64,000 nucleotides of DNA from Eledone cirrhosa (GCA_964016885.1 OZ024742.1:183892001-183956000), one strand, 5' to 3'. Positions 28,755-44,574 are shown, counted from the first letter of the stretch. The notes: generated from the sequence alone by a model not told the origin. Made by a program: numbers and translations.

Positions 28755-29054
28755 AAATGTGTGCATATAGGGCATGTATACGCCGTGTACATATAGTTTA
28801 ATAGTTTAAAATAGTTTAAACGAGTGTATATGAGGTTAATCTGTGACCTAATGATTGTTGAAGTGTACCTGTGAACCATTCAGTCATACTACGTCTACAA
28901 AAACTGACCTATACGTTGAGGATTGCCTGACCTTTTCACGATTACACTATTATTTTCATTTGAGCTATTTTATTATTTTGTTTATAGGAAAGAACCCCAT
29001 TGAAAATTCTACTAAATCATCAACTACATAAATTAGAAACGACTTACCAGTATT

Positions 29055-29105
<51 letters not shown>

Positions 29106-29110
<5 letters not shown>

Positions 29111-29390
29111 CAGGAAAGAAGAGTGACATGGTTTGCTATACAAAAAAAGTTTTTAATGAGATTAAAAACCTTAAAAACCTTTTTTGTATAACAAACCGTG
29201 TCACTCTTCTTTCCTGATTTATCATTACTCCAAGTGTTAACAACATGGAAATTACAGCGTACTCGCAGCATCACTATGGAAACGCCTTGTTGAGTCAAAC
29301 TTAGCCAAGCGTTGATATTATCCACTACTCGGAGTACCCTAACTGGACTACACTTAAGTGGACTGCCTATAACAATAATCTGTTACCCCG
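29106..29390. mobile_element. (TA)n-flanked island with inverted 5' arm
   Basis: 29106-29157 is an inverted copy of 29172-29221. Confidence 0.7.
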
Positions 29391-29422
<32 letters not shown>

Positions 29423-29465
29423 TGAAATTTATTTTGAAACTTTTTCTTATTTACTAAACCTTGAT

Positions 29466-29496
<31 letters not shown>

Positions 29497-29548
29497 GAAA
29501 ACACAGGTAAGCATTAAGAGAAGGATTTTATCCAGGTATTTACGACCG

Positions 29549-29580
<32 letters not shown>

Positions 29581-29585
<5 letters not shown>

Positions 29586-29668
29586 GTCCCAAAAAATGTA
29601 TACACCATTCTAATAAATATTGTCTGTACAGTTAATCAAAGTATGTATACATTTCTAGGGGACATCCA
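29581..29668. mobile_element. Tc1/mariner-type ~88-bp MITE, degenerate
   Basis: TIR gggtgtcccaaaaaatgtatac / gtatacatttctaggggacatcc; homolog of 37184-37271. Confidence 0.7.
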
Positions 29669-29914
29669 GTGTATATTTCGTTGTATTTGTTAACTATTTT
29701 AATTGGTATACATGCGGTTAACATTTTATGCATGGGGTTTCCCTGTAATATCATAATTGAAACTATTCTGGTGCCAAGAACTTACTTCTCACTTCACCGA
29801 GTGTATACCAGTATGTTCTTGCCTGATAACCCTATGAGAAGTAGGCGAAATTCCAGAGTAAAAAGACTCACTATTCAGCCTTAATAACATTTAAAATATA
29901 TATATATAAATTTG

Positions 29915-30091
29915 AGTTTTTGGCAGAATTGGTAGAGGGTCGGACATGCTTTTCAGCATAGTTACGTCCCTTTACGATCTGAGTTCAAATCCCGCCGAGG
30001 TTAACTTTGCCTTTCATCCTTACAAGGTCGATAAAATAAAGTACCAGTAATGTACTGGGTAATTGCTGGCCTTGTGCCAAATGTAGAAACA

Positions 30092-30092
<1 letters not shown>
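29915..30092 (+). mobile_element. Young SINE
   Basis: Consensus match. Confidence 0.85.
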
Positions 30093-30139
<47 letters not shown>

Positions 30140-30239
30140 CAAGAAATGTCAACATGAATGGACCTGTTATTTTTATCTAAAGGCATGTTTTCCAATTCCA
30201 ACCCGCCCGTCCCCTCAATCTGTCTTATTTCTCATTCTT

Positions 30240-30275
30240 TCTTCTGATGAAGGACTAGCGTCTGAAACGTTAAGA
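30240..30275 (+). ncRNA. Minimal type I hammerhead lacking stem III
   Basis: tctt-CTGATGA-a-ggac tagc gtct-GAAA-CG-TT-aaga; stem I tctt/aaga; palindrome AACGTT. Confidence 0.75.
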
Positions 30276-30436
30276 CCCTCTTCCTGCTATATCAAGCGTT
30301 AACCTAATATATTCCTTCCATATATTGTACCGATTGTGTTGTTATTTCTGTTTACCTTTTACACGCACACACACACACATATTTATATATATATATAGAT
30401 AGATATATATACCTTCTCCACATATATATCCTTCTC

Positions 30437-30471
<35 letters not shown>

Positions 30472-31267
30472 CTATACATACATATATTACATACGCATAG
30501 TATTGACGTTTGCGCGAATGAGAACTCATTACCATAGTGAAGATTAATCTATTCTTTATTAAGGCCAAGCTTCACTCTTTTTAGAGGAGAAACACCAGAG
30601 TAATAAAATTAGCTTTAATAATGAAATTCTGATATGAACTATTTAAAATAATATTCTTTATATAAATAACTTTAATTTTATAAAGAATGTTATTTTTAAA
30701 TTAATTGTATAATGTTTAAAATTAATCATATAATTAATTTTAAACATAATACAATTAATTTATAATGATATTCATTATATAATATTATTTACAGTGGTAT
30801 ACTGTCAGTGATTATGTGACCAGAAAAATATTGATATTATGAAATAAATGAAAAGCGTAAAGTGAATATAATAATTTGTGTGTTTTTGTTTATTTAATGT
30901 CTTAAATGACACTTCCATAATGTAATTGCAATGTTTATTTTTACCTGCAATTTCATCTCAAACAATGTATCTACTATATTCTAACTCCAAATTATAAAGA
31001 GCAATTAAATAAACAGGCTTTTATTTAAGGCTGTGGGTAATTCATTTGTTATAGCATTTGTAAAATTCAAATAAGCTAAACTATTCTCATCCCTGCTCAC
31101 GATTATCGGAGCGAACATGGCTGCCTGCAAGTGCGAGCCCCACGATGTGGATATTCCAGCGCACTCCCTTGCCGTCTGCCGGGGAAATCTCTTGTCTATC
31201 CTGTGGCCCGGGACCACGAGGTGCATGACGTATTAGTGCATTAGTAGTGTGGCAGTCTTTAGACCAA

Positions 31268-31732
31268 TAATTATTTCTACTTTTGGAACAAGACCAGAAA
31301 TTACCCTAGTGCATTACTGGTACTTTATTTTATCGACTCCGTAAGGATGAAAGGCAAAGTTAACCTCGGTGGGATTTGAACTCAGACCGTAATGGGCCGC
31401 AATTCTATGCTGCAAAGCATGGCGTCCAACCCTCTACCGATACCGCCAATCCACAATAATGCTGACACATACACACACAACTATATATAGTTCAAGATTA
31501 TTACTGTTAAATTTTACAGAATTAAATGGTAAAAGACATTTTAAGTGGATTGGCAGTATCGGTAGAGGGTCGAACGCCATGCTTTGACTCATAGAGTTAA
31601 GGCCCTTGCCATTCTGAGTTCAAATCCCGCCGAGGTTAACTTTGCCTTTCATCCTTACGGAGTCGATAAAATAAAGTACCAGTAATGTGTTGGGTAATAG
31701 CTGGCCTTGTGCCAAAAGTAGAAACAATTATT
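31268..31732. mobile_element. Head-to-head inverted pair of young SINEs (31268-31455 minus, 31545-31732 plus)
   Basis: Both match the consensus in opposite orientation, ~90 bp apart. Confidence 0.85.
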
Positions 31733-31800
31733 ATCATCTTTTGGCTATGTACACAGATCCAATGGGTCTGGATTTAATCCTTTTAACACCAACTCCACCC

Positions 31801-31910
31801 CAAACCACCCCTGTTTCTACAAAACCAAACCACCCCTGTTTCTACAAAACCAAACCACCCCTGTTTCTACAAAACCAAACCACCCCTGTTTCTACAAAAC
31901 CAAACCACCC
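31801..31910. repeat. 25-bp minisatellite, 4.4 copies
   Basis: caaaccacccctgtttctacaaaac repeated perfectly. Confidence 0.95.
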
Positions 31911-32519
31911 ATTTTAAAGAATATTTTATATAAAAAACATTTTGTTAGTTTAATTTACAAACACCATCTTAATAAGGAGGGCGAGAGTGATGGAGGCGAT
32001 GACAGTGGGAGTTCGACTCTTCCGTGTTTGGACACATTGCACCTGTCATGTCGATCATGTGTTTATTATAGTCCATTGATCTCGTGATTAATTACAGTAA
32101 ACACATCTTGTTAATAATGAAATAATTAATAATTCTAATGAATCCTTCAAAATGTTTCATGAATTAATTTATATACAGTGTCTTTTATTAGAAATATGAT
32201 AACGAAAGGGATAAGTAGTCACCTCTCTCGGGTGATCTTTGTAAAACACTGGGTTATGTACTAGTTGTTACTAATACCAACAGTATATACTAGTTAGTGA
32301 GTGTAAATTAAAACAAGATTTATCCACCATCACCCCACATACACCATACACACTAGTTTGGATTTCTCAACAATCCACTCTCATTTTGTTAATGCAGTCA
32401 TTATAAATTCATTTATACCAATATTGTCCTTAGGAAAGACATGAACATCTCAACATTACATTTTCTATACTTTGCAATATAAATACGCTAGTGTTCTTCA
32501 TTCCATTATTCTTTTACTA

Positions 32520-32831
32520 GATTCAGTAATCAGACTGTTGCCATACTGGAGCACAGCTTTTATTTAGTCGGTCATATCGATCGTAGTATTTTTTTTTTAA
32601 GTCTGGCACTTATTTTATCAATCTCTTTTGCTAGAACCGTTAATTTAAGCAACATAAATAAAAGCACGAATACACACGCGTGTTGGGCTTCCACACAGTT
32701 TACGTCTACCAAATTTCTCGCTCAAGTTATTAGTCAATCCGAAGCTATTGTAGAAGACACACAATAGAACTGAACCCCAAACCACGTGGTTTAAAAAGCG
32801 AACTCTTTAACCACACAGCCATGGTTGTGCC
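32520..32831 (-). mobile_element. Old tRNA-derived SINE (octopus OR/OK-like)
   Basis: Reverse reads ggcacaaccatggctgtgtggttaaagagttcgc...gtgtcttctacaatagc...aatttggtagacgtaaactg...gtgctccagtatggc. Confidence 0.65.
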
Positions 32832-33293
32832 TATGGGAAATTATGTTTCGTAACTGCTGTACATTTTCTGTTGCTGTTGTTGTTGTTTGACATGGCTAAC
32901 TCTGACATATATGGTGATGAAAGGCGTTCCAGCTGTGACCAATCCATATTTTTGTATGTTTATTGCCATATTGTTTACCCGGTTTAACACCACGAAACAT
33001 CACATCAGCGGAGTCCACTCGGTTGCAAGTAATAAGGGCCAGGTACCTTCCCCCCATTTTCGTCCCCTTCAGAAATCGATGTCCTGAAAAAGGTATACAG
33101 GTATTGACACCCCCCCCCCCCTCCCACCTTTAGTTAAACAGTAACATATATGTAAAGAGTGGTGTGCTCATGCGCGGAGATGCTATGAGATAGCTTATAA
33201 AATAGGTTGAAGACCTTTAAAGACAGAAAAGTAAGTTGCCATCAGATATATGAATATATACATTATATATACATTATATATACATATATATAT

Positions 33294-33483
33294 AGGTCAA
33301 GTATGACCCCGACGGCAGAGCTCAAGCTGTTTCACGGGTATTTCTGAGTCCAGAAATAGCCGTCGAAATGGCTTGAGCTCTGCCGTCGGGGTCATACTTG
33401 CTCCTATTACCCACTCTACTACCCTAAGTATTGAGTACTCTGGTGCGTTATGGTCCATCTGGTTCCTTACCACACTTCCTTCA
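33294..33483. mobile_element. Family A fold-back element
   Basis: Inverted arms meet near 33347, upstream of gtcGAAA. Confidence 0.75.
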
Positions 33484-33532
33484 TATATATATTTATATAT
33501 ATATATATATACATATATATATAAACCGTTAC

Positions 33533-33562
<30 letters not shown>

Positions 33563-33569
<7 letters not shown>

Positions 33570-33672
33570 CAGATTAAAGTTTAAGCAAAGAATCGGTACT
33601 TTCACCCTTAACGGGATCTTCTGAAACCCGTTAAGGGTGAAAGCAGCGATTCTTTGCTTAAACTTTAATCTG

Positions 33673-33679
<7 letters not shown>
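33563..33679. mobile_element. Family I fold-back element with variant hammerhead-like core
   Basis: Arms 33563-33615 and 33627-33679; minus strand reads CAGAAGA-tccc gttaa gggt-GAAA; second copy 25497-25560. Confidence 0.6.
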
Positions 33680-33739
<60 letters not shown>

Positions 33740-33782
33740 GTAATCCTCTTTGGATTTTAGTCTTCAAATTTATATTTATTAC

Positions 33783-34177
<395 letters not shown>

Positions 34178-34679
34178 CTCATCCCTTTTTTAAACGCAGG
34201 TCAATCGACAATATAGAGGCTGTGTTGTTTGTTCTATATGAGGGTTAATGTATTTTATTTTATTTTATTACACAGAAAATACGGTCGTATGACTGCGTTA
34301 GTCTTCTTACATAATATAGACCACTGACTGGCATTTAATCAAATTCAGTTTTTTTTTATCACTGGATGAAAGTACAACTATTACTGGTCATCCTGACCGC
34401 TTGAAGAGGCACAAACATATAATATGTATGTATATATATGAATGTACATATATTTATGTATATATATGAATAGATGCCTACAAACACAGACACACATATA
34501 TATAAATACATATATATACACATATATATATATACATATATGTATATATATGTATATATATAAATATATATTTGTATAAATATATATATATATATATATA
34601 CAAATATATATATACATATATGTATATATATGTATATATATAAATATATATTTGTATAAATATATATATATATATACAA

Positions 34680-34726
<47 letters not shown>

Positions 34727-34823
34727 CATATATATATACAAATATATATATATATATATACAAACATATACAAACATATATACTTGTATATATATATGTA
34801 TGTGTGCATGTGTATGTGTATTC

Positions 34824-34911
<88 letters not shown>

Positions 34912-35413
34912 GCGTGTGTATGTATGTATGTATGCATGTATGTATATATGCTGCTGCATATTTGTTTTTTAAATATTTCTACCCACTTATAATTCTTAAA
35001 ACAGATCTTAAAACACCGTCTTCATTAATGCAAATAATACATTAAATACTTTTCTTTATCTCTCTCAAATACATAGCAACCCATGGTTAGGCCCCTAGGC
35101 TTTCAGGTATTTCGGGCAATTTGTGGCATTTATATCGTTCATCAGTAAAACCCGTTGAGGGTAACTAGTCACTCTGGGTCCCGAGTCTTCTGTTTAGTCA
35201 GCCTTATAGATAGATAACGCTCTCTCGCTGGCTGCTAGTCTCAACGGGTCTCCACGGCTTCAGCTTAGACAATATTATTTACCGCCGAGGTTGACTTTGC
35301 CTTTCATCCTTACGGGGTCGATAAAATAAAGTACCAGTAATGCACTGGAAAAATTTGCTGGCCTTGTGCCTAAAGTAGAAAGAATTATTTATTCGATTTT
35401 GAAAGCACTGCGG

Positions 35414-35489
<76 letters not shown>

Positions 35490-35707
35490 GAATAATCGAG
35501 TATCGAAAAATCGGCGCACGAGTTCACGATAAACAAAATTCGAAATGAGCGGCAGAGGGCTCAATAATTTAGATAAATCAGAGCTATAACTATCGTTAAA
35601 ATACCGTCACACATAGAACATGTCTAAAATCAACCATACGACCGAAAAATTGCGATCTGGAAGATTCGGGACACTCAGATAAATTATCAATAAATCAATA
35701 AATCAAA

Positions 35708-35742
<35 letters not shown>

Positions 35743-35844
35743 AGGGAGTGTAACTTGGAGTTACTGTAGGTTCAGCCGGGTGAGCACTCGATGTATAGGT
35801 TCACTTGAGTGGCGCGAGCTGTAGAGCTAGACAGAATTACAAGG

Positions 35845-35929
35845 GGTCTGACGAGCTGCGGATTACAGAGTCGAGTCAGATCGAGACAGATCGAACCTTG
35901 AGCTGATCAGTGGCGAAACGCGCGTCACT
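35845..35929 (+). ncRNA. Type I hammerhead with long stem II in island 35741-35985
   Basis: ggt-CTGACGA-gctgc...gtggc-GAAA-CGCGCG-TC-act; palindromic stem III. Confidence 0.7.
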
Positions 35930-35986
35930 AACCAATAAACGTATAAATCGTCACTAACCAATACACCCTTGTTATTTTATTTCACT

Positions 35987-36018
<32 letters not shown>

Positions 36019-36019
<1 letters not shown>

Positions 36020-36194
36020 AAGGTAGAACACTGGAAGGTAATATCCGTATTGGTAGAGCACTCAGTCCATGGGACGAGTTAGGTAGAAGTGGTAACACAA
36101 CAGTTAGTTCACCATACCGAGAACAATTGTTTCACCTTAGCGGATCTTCAGGTGAAACAATTGTTCTCGGTATGGTGAACTAACTGTTGTGTTA

Positions 36195-36199
<5 letters not shown>
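36019..36199. mobile_element. Family E fold-back element
   Basis: Arms 36088-36137 and 36150-36199; the spacer is the minus-strand core CTGAAGAtccgctaaggtGAAA. Confidence 0.8.
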
Positions 36200-36281
<82 letters not shown>

Positions 36282-36284
<3 letters not shown>

Positions 36285-36437
36285 TGAGATTCGACAGGAC
36301 TAGAACTGTTTCATTCTAAAGAATGAAACAGTTCTAGTCCTGTAGAATCTCATCTATATTAAAACTTTTATACTCTGCTATGTATTGAGTACCTTACTTA
36401 CTGTGGTTACATCCGATTCAACCCGGAATAACGTACG
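36282..36437. mobile_element. Family B fold-back element turning at the stem II loop
   Basis: ctgtttcattc-taaa-gaatgaaacag; symmetry centre equals the taaa loop of the family B hammerhead. Confidence 0.85.
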
Positions 36438-36469
<32 letters not shown>

Positions 36470-36579
36470 TCCAGTTCCTCAGTGAAATAACAACCCAACC
36501 AGGAACTGGGCATATCAGAGTATTGACAAAATTATACACCTCAACAACATATGTACTTGTCTATACCACACTAATTCGG

Positions 36580-36634
36580 ACTGCCTGAAGAGGTCACAGC
36601 CAAAGATGGCTGTCACCGAAATATATATAGCAGT
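36580..36634 (+). ncRNA. Type I hammerhead ribozyme (family D subfamily 2)
   Basis: actgc-CTGAAGA-ggtcacagcca aaga tggctgtcacc-GAAA-tatata-TA-gcagt. Confidence 0.85.
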
Positions 36635-36686
36635 AATAAACGAAGCTAAATTTTAAACATTTGACTTATTTATCTATACTTTATTT

Positions 36687-36756
<70 letters not shown>

Positions 36757-36832
36757 TATTGAAATTTCCGTTGAAAACAGAAAAGGTCATAGAAGTGAAG
36801 AGTGCTCTATGTAAGTATCAGAGCAAAATTTA

Positions 36833-36896
<64 letters not shown>

Positions 36897-36944
36897 TCTA
36901 GATATAATATATACATATAAATATAGGAAAAGAGTCAGGACCCC

Positions 36945-37140
36945 GATCTCTTCAACTGTGACATCGACTATCTGATGATCAAAGTTTGTGAGCGAGTTTC
37001 TGGCATTACCTTCGGGTACTACCACCTTACCGACCAGGTGTACGCAGGCGAGACCACCCTATTCACCATCGATCGATCAGCACTGGTGGGACTGGTAGTC
37101 TCTACGCACGATAATGCCTCCAGGATCGCTGACCCAGGAT
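36945..37140 (+). pseudogene. LINE (RTE-like) reverse transcriptase fragment
   Basis: DLFNCDIDYLM...GITFGYYHLTDQVYAGETTL resembles LFN..ID..M..GI.....LTDL.YADD..L. Confidence 0.65.
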
Positions 37141-37183
37141 GTCCGCAGTCTCCTCGAGCAAGAGCAAGAAAAATATATATATA

Positions 37184-37271
37184 CAGGGTGTCTAAAAAAA
37201 TGTATACATACTTCTAATAAATATTGACTGCACAGGTAATCAAGTGTGTATACATTTTTGGGGACACCCTG
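37184..37271. mobile_element. Tc1/mariner-type MITE
   Basis: TA|cagggtgtctaaaaaaatgtataca...tgtatacatttttggggacaccctg|TA. Confidence 0.85.
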
Positions 37272-37409
37272 TATATATATATATATATATATATACTTAA
37301 ATATAAATACACGATATATATTTTACCCACCGCGACTAGGCCCATACTGCAGCATCACTCACTAGGAAACATATTTGTGCAAATTATATCACAGACACAC
37401 ACACACACA

Positions 37410-37503
<94 letters not shown>

Positions 37504-37979
37504 CCATATCATCCCATTGTCGAGCACATAGGTTTTCAGGTAGGCCTGTTCTGGTAGTTCAATCTTTCACCCCACAGAAGTAAAAATTAATTAACGCGGC
37601 TCCTAACTTTCAATTTAGACAGTCTTGTTAATTATATGAATAATAGGACCCTAACTCCAACACTATAGAGAAACAGAGCCCCACCCCACCCCCAGAAATT
37701 CGATATTTTATTAAATTATTGCCATTTCTTATTATAAATTCAGATTGCGGCCAGGAGAAGCACTACTTGAAACTTTGATGTTACTCTCACTGTCATCTTC
37801 GGAAAATAAATCTTACACTCTGATCACATGTATAGAGTTTATTTTTTAATGTTTTATGTACTTCTACTTCAGTACTGGTGTATGTGTGTGGTACGAAGAA
37901 CGGGGAGATCGCAAATCAAGATACTACTTGGTGTATATAAGGTAACAAAGTACATGTATGTATATGTATACCACCACTT

Positions 37980-38016
<37 letters not shown>

Positions 38017-38097
38017 CGCATATATATATATATATATATAAATACTCACACACACCCTCTCTCGCTCTCTCTCTCTCACAAACACACACACACACAC

Positions 38098-38147
<50 letters not shown>

Positions 38148-38180
38148 ACACAGAGACAAACACACACACATATATATATA

Positions 38181-38601
38181 CAGTGTCCCCCAAAAATATA
38201 TACACACTTCAACAGCATTCTAATAAAAGTGTGTATTTAATTTTTTGTGGACTCTCTGTATATATATATATATATATACAGGGTGTCCAAAAAAAATTAT
38301 ATACACACTTTTATTAGAATGCTGTTGAAGTGTGTATACAAATATAAGGTAATAAAGTACATGTACCACTTCCATATACATAGATATATATATACATACA
38401 CATATACACATATATATATAAATACACACACACACCCTCTCTCTCTCTCGCTCTCTCGCTCTCTCACACACGCACAAACACACGTACACGCACACACACA
38501 CACACAAACACACACACGTATATATACAGTGTCCCCAAAAAATGTATACACACTTCAACAGCATTCTAATAAAAGTGTGTATATAATTTTTTGGGGACAC
38601 C

Positions 38602-38643
<42 letters not shown>

Positions 38644-38696
38644 GGTGTCCAAAAATATTATATACACACTTTTATTAGAATGCTGTTGAAGTGTGT

Positions 38697-38700
<4 letters not shown>
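38181..38700. mobile_element. Cluster of four related mariner-type MITE copies in a local ~350-bp duplication
   Basis: cagtgtccccaaaaa...acaccctg copies at 38181, 38279, 38527 and 38641 in alternating orientation. Confidence 0.7.
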
Positions 38701-38732
<32 letters not shown>

Positions 38733-38736
<4 letters not shown>

Positions 38737-38921
38737 AAGGAAATGTGGTAATGAACCAGATGGACCATAACGCACCAAAGTACTCAATACTTAGGGTATT
38801 AGAGTGGGTAATAGGAACGAGTAGGACCCCGACGGCTGAACTCAAGCCGTTTCGACGGCTAATTCTGGACTAAATAAGCCGTCGAAACGGCTTGAGCTCA
38901 GCCGTCGGGGTCCTACTCGTT

Positions 38922-38924
<3 letters not shown>
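38733..38924. mobile_element. Family A fold-back element
   Basis: Arms joined near 38870. Confidence 0.75.
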
Positions 38925-38993
<69 letters not shown>

Positions 38994-39093
38994 CATGCAG
39001 ACACACATATACATACATATATACATACATACATATATACGCACACATGCCATACATACATACATACACATACATATAACTCCCCAAATATGT

Positions 39094-39197
<104 letters not shown>

Positions 39198-39557
39198 AGA
39201 AGTTATATTTAATTTGTTGGAATACAACAAGCAAATATTTTTATAACTGATATAAAGCACTCAATAAATTATTGGAGTAAAAAAGCTCCAACGGCTTATT
39301 TTAAATCTAATGTGATTTAAACATATCCGACACTAATTTGCATAATAGACTAAATAAATTTAGTAACCCCACTATCCGGGAGCTTCCAACAGAAATGGTC
39401 GCATTCTTTAAGGGTATGTCAATATTTATATAACTAACTGATCTATATTATATTTTATCTGATGAAAGCGCACCATAATTTGACTTGGTGTCCATGAAAT
39501 ATGTATAATGAAATAAATATGGTTTTATAAATATAGTTTCCATTTGTTAATATATCG

Positions 39558-40310
<753 letters not shown>

Positions 40311-40321
40311 TATATATATAT

Positions 40322-40509
40322 AGGAACGAGTAGGACCCCGACGGCTGAGCTCAAGTCGTTTCGACGGCTAGTTCTGGACGGCTAGTTCGAAACGGCTTGA
40401 GCTCAGCCGTCGGGGTCCTACTCGTTCCTATTACCCACTCTACTACCCTAAGTATTGAGTACTTTGGTGCGTTATGGTCCACCTGGTTCCTTACCACATT
40501 TCCTTCGTT
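40322..40509. mobile_element. Family A fold-back element
   Basis: Arms joined near 40380. Confidence 0.75.
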
Positions 40510-40540
<31 letters not shown>

Positions 40541-40950
40541 CTTTCTTGAAATGATGGTAAATATATTTATTTCTTCTAGAGTGTTGAAATATCACCCAGA
40601 ATATATGGCATGGAAGGACATATGTTGATAATACTAGAACTACTACTGCTGTTGTTACTACAACACCTACTACTACCATCACCACTACTACCATTACCTT
40701 TACTACTACTGCCACCACCACCACCACCACCACCACCACCACCACCTCACAACCAGTACCACTACCACTACCACTACTACTATACATGCCTGCTTTCAGT
40801 AGCATTAACTTCAATTATGTATCTACTGCTTCGTGACATTTTAACACTCACTGGAAAGTTATTTGGGGAGTTATATATATATGTATATGTTTGTATGGCA
40901 TATGTGCGTATATATGTATGTATGTATGTATGCATATGTGTATCTGCATG

Positions 40951-41024
<74 letters not shown>

Positions 41025-41141
41025 CACACATGTATGTGTGTATGTGTGTGTGTGTGTGTGTGTGGATGTGTGTACAATTATGTATAAGTGTTGCTTGTAT
41101 ATGAATGCTATCAAGTGAGTACGTCTATATTTGTGTGCGTC

Positions 41142-41232
<91 letters not shown>

Positions 41233-42011
41233 CATATATATATATATATACAACGTTGGGAAAAGTTGAAATTTGACCATAAGAATAGTCGATCACAATA
41301 TATGGTGGAGAAAATCGGGTAAAATACGCCTGCAGACGTATAGAAAGGAAGAGAGAAGCCTCTCTCCAGTTTTTTTTCCTCTCTAAAGCTACTTTTTCGA
41401 TATTTTTCTATCATTTATAGTGACCTACTGTTATTATGGTCACATGTGTCGGGAGGTATACATTATATATATATATATATATATATATAATATGTATGTA
41501 TATTATATATATATATATTTACATATATATAATCTAATATATATAAATATGTATACATAAATACAAAATATATAATCTAATATATAAATATGTATATACG
41601 TATATACATACACACACACATATATAATCTAATATATATGTATAAAAATATAGTTATAAAATAGTTACTTGTTGTAACCCAACAATTTTAAATAAAACCT
41701 TTGCATATATATATACATATATATATCATTTTCATGATTGAAATATGTTGTTTATATGTTTATTTTATATTTAAATCTAAAATGTCCAAGTTTTTATTTT
41801 TCACTATTTTTCTCTCTCACTAGCATTGACACATCGTTACTGCTACTCATAATCTCTATTATAAATGCTGTCATCATCATAGGTTTTAATAATGACTAAT
41901 TAGGAAATTGTTATCTTTTTTTATCTAAACTACAATCAGTCATGTGAGCTAGTAAATCTAGTAGATGAAGTTTATTCATCGTGTGGGGGACTAGGGGGTG
42001 CATAGCCTGAT

Positions 42012-42680
42012 GTGAAGACACGTGACTTAATGGTTAGGTATCCGGCTGACGACCGTAAGGTCGAGTGTTCTGTTTCTGGTGGTGCAAAACAAGACACTTT
42101 CAGACCTGTCAACTCTTCCCGTCCGACGGAAAGATCTCCCAGCCACTTTACGGGGGGTGAGATATGTCTACTCTTGTGAAAATGGGTGTAAAATGGTGAA
42201 TTGGCAGTATCGGTAGAGGGTCTGACGCCATGCTTTCCAGCATAGTTACGTCCCTTTACGATCTGAGTTCAAATCCCGCCGAGGTTAAGTTTGCCTTTCA
42301 TCCTTACGGGGTCGATAACATAAAGTATCAGTAATGTACTGGGATAAATTAGAAACAATTATGTAAAATCTTCCCATTTTGACTCATTTCTCCCCGCTTT
42401 GGGGCACTTTTTTTCATGCTTTTCCCGTTTGGGTTTTTAGAAGATGGTAGGTCTGCTCTTTATTTCACGTTGCTCCAGTTCACCAAGCTGGAAAAATGTT
42501 TACCTGCGATTCAAGGAGCCATCCTTGTCACACATTGTATCATGTTAAATCTCCACGAGGACTACTACGTTAAGGGTACTTGTGCCTGTGGAATGCTTAG
42601 CTACTTGCATAATTTTCACGAGCACGCTGTTGCGCTGGTCAAATACTGGAACACTCAGCTTCGTAACTGACGGAGGTCCA
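42012..42680 (+). mobile_element. Nested insertion: CORE-type SINE, split by a TIR element (42101-42455), split by a young SINE (42195-42362)
   Basis: SINE caagacacttt|atttcacgttgctcc is interrupted; TIRs cagacctgtca/tggtaggtctg; flanks cacttt/ctcttt. Confidence 0.7.
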
Positions 42681-44250
42681 ACATATGCCACGGACACACA
42701 CAGACATACACACACAACTTGTTGCTACTGCAGCTAGTCTCTATATTGTATACATATTAACTCTACTTCGCTTTATAGATTAAAATTCTTTGGGTGCTGT
42801 TATTACTCAATTACTTACTCTTGTCAGTATGGCGACCTTCACCAGTATGTACGTATTTCTAGATAACTGGGTCACTACAAATTATTATCTTCTCTCATTC
42901 ACGTTTATTCATATCTCTCTCTGTTTTTTTTTCTTCTATCTATGCCTAGTAGTTTCCTGTTAACATACTTTCGTTGTTGCTTGCTAGTCGTTGTTGTTGT
43001 GTTTTTTCTGTATTTGTTTTATTTACTTTAATACTATTCTCTATATTCTCCCACAACCGTTTTGAAGGATAACCAAGTTTATGTTCAAACACAGATGTTA
43101 GTAGGAAAATATTTTAATTTAGATTCCCGCTCTGGGGCCATATTATTGAGATTCAAACTTCCACTCCGTTACTTTTTGTGTATATTTCAAAATCAGCCTG
43201 AGAAAAACTCATTGTTCCACGTTCCTTTCGACTATTTCTAGGGATAACAGTTTATGTGTATGTATGCGTGTGTGTCTCCGAGCCTATGTTTGTTTATGTC
43301 CTGTAAGATAAGTATTAGACAAAATGTAAGTCCTGTAGTAGATAGAATTGACTAAATCCCTTCAATGGTGGTGCTCTAACATAACCACAGTTTAAGCAGT
43401 AAAACCTAGAAATAATATAACATAACTGAACTTAACCATCATCTGTATTATATATTAAAAAAACATCAAACCTTCGTGCGTACATATACACGAATTACTA
43501 ACTTCTGATCCTATTTAACCCTTTCGTTTCCATATTTCGCATGGAAGACATTGCCTATGTTGTTCAAATATTTGTGAAAATAATCGTAAATTTGGAGATA
43601 TTTAGTAATAGTGTCTGGAACAAAACAAATTTATGATAGAAGGTTTTTAGTATAATATTTAAAAAGGCAAAACATTATCATAGAAGCAGATAGGGTTTCA
43701 GTTGGTTTAGTAACAAAATGGTCAAAAATGGAAATCCATATTTTGTTATGAAGAAAATTTGTTTTTGGTTAAGAAAGTGAAGGTCAGTTAAGGGAGAGCA
43801 GATATTTTACACTATTTATCTAACTGCTCTCATGGTTCTGATTTCAAATCCAGCTTGTGTGATTCTGTGTTTCCGGCCCTTCAAGTTCCATAAAATAAGC
43901 TAAATGTTAAAGTCTGTCCCAAGCCCGGAAGCTTATCAAGCCGGAACTTATCCCGGCTTCTTTTCCGTTAAGCGATTAAGCGTAGAAGATGCCAGTCTAT
44001 CGCAGTATCCAGTTGCTGGTGCTGCTGACGCTGATGAAATGAGTTGTCTGGAGTAATTTAAATTTGAAGTGGCTTGCTCAAGAACACAATGAGCCACCCA
44101 ATCCAGTAATCGAACACACGATATTACGATCATAGACCAAAACCCCGAAACTCTAAGTACATGTAAGATATACTTTAAAAACTTAAGATCATTCCTAATA
44201 GAACGGCTTGTAGTATAGATGTAAAATGTCTACAGATGTAGAGTACACAT

Positions 44251-44340
<90 letters not shown>

Positions 44341-44397
44341 TGACAACCAGTCAGGGACTGGCTGTTGAAACTTAGCTCAGCCGTCGGGGTCCTGACT

Positions 44398-44448
<51 letters not shown>

Positions 44449-44540
44449 TAATAATAATAAATATGAAGACTAAAATCCAAAGAGGGCTCGATAAGGACAA
44501 ATATATATCAGATATATAAGAACCGTAGAGCAAATATTTA

Positions 44541-44574
<34 letters not shown>

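Noticed and set aside
31085-31260. GC-rich patch as a possible exon (ORF 31005-31226)
   Set aside because: No recognisable domain or clear splice sites
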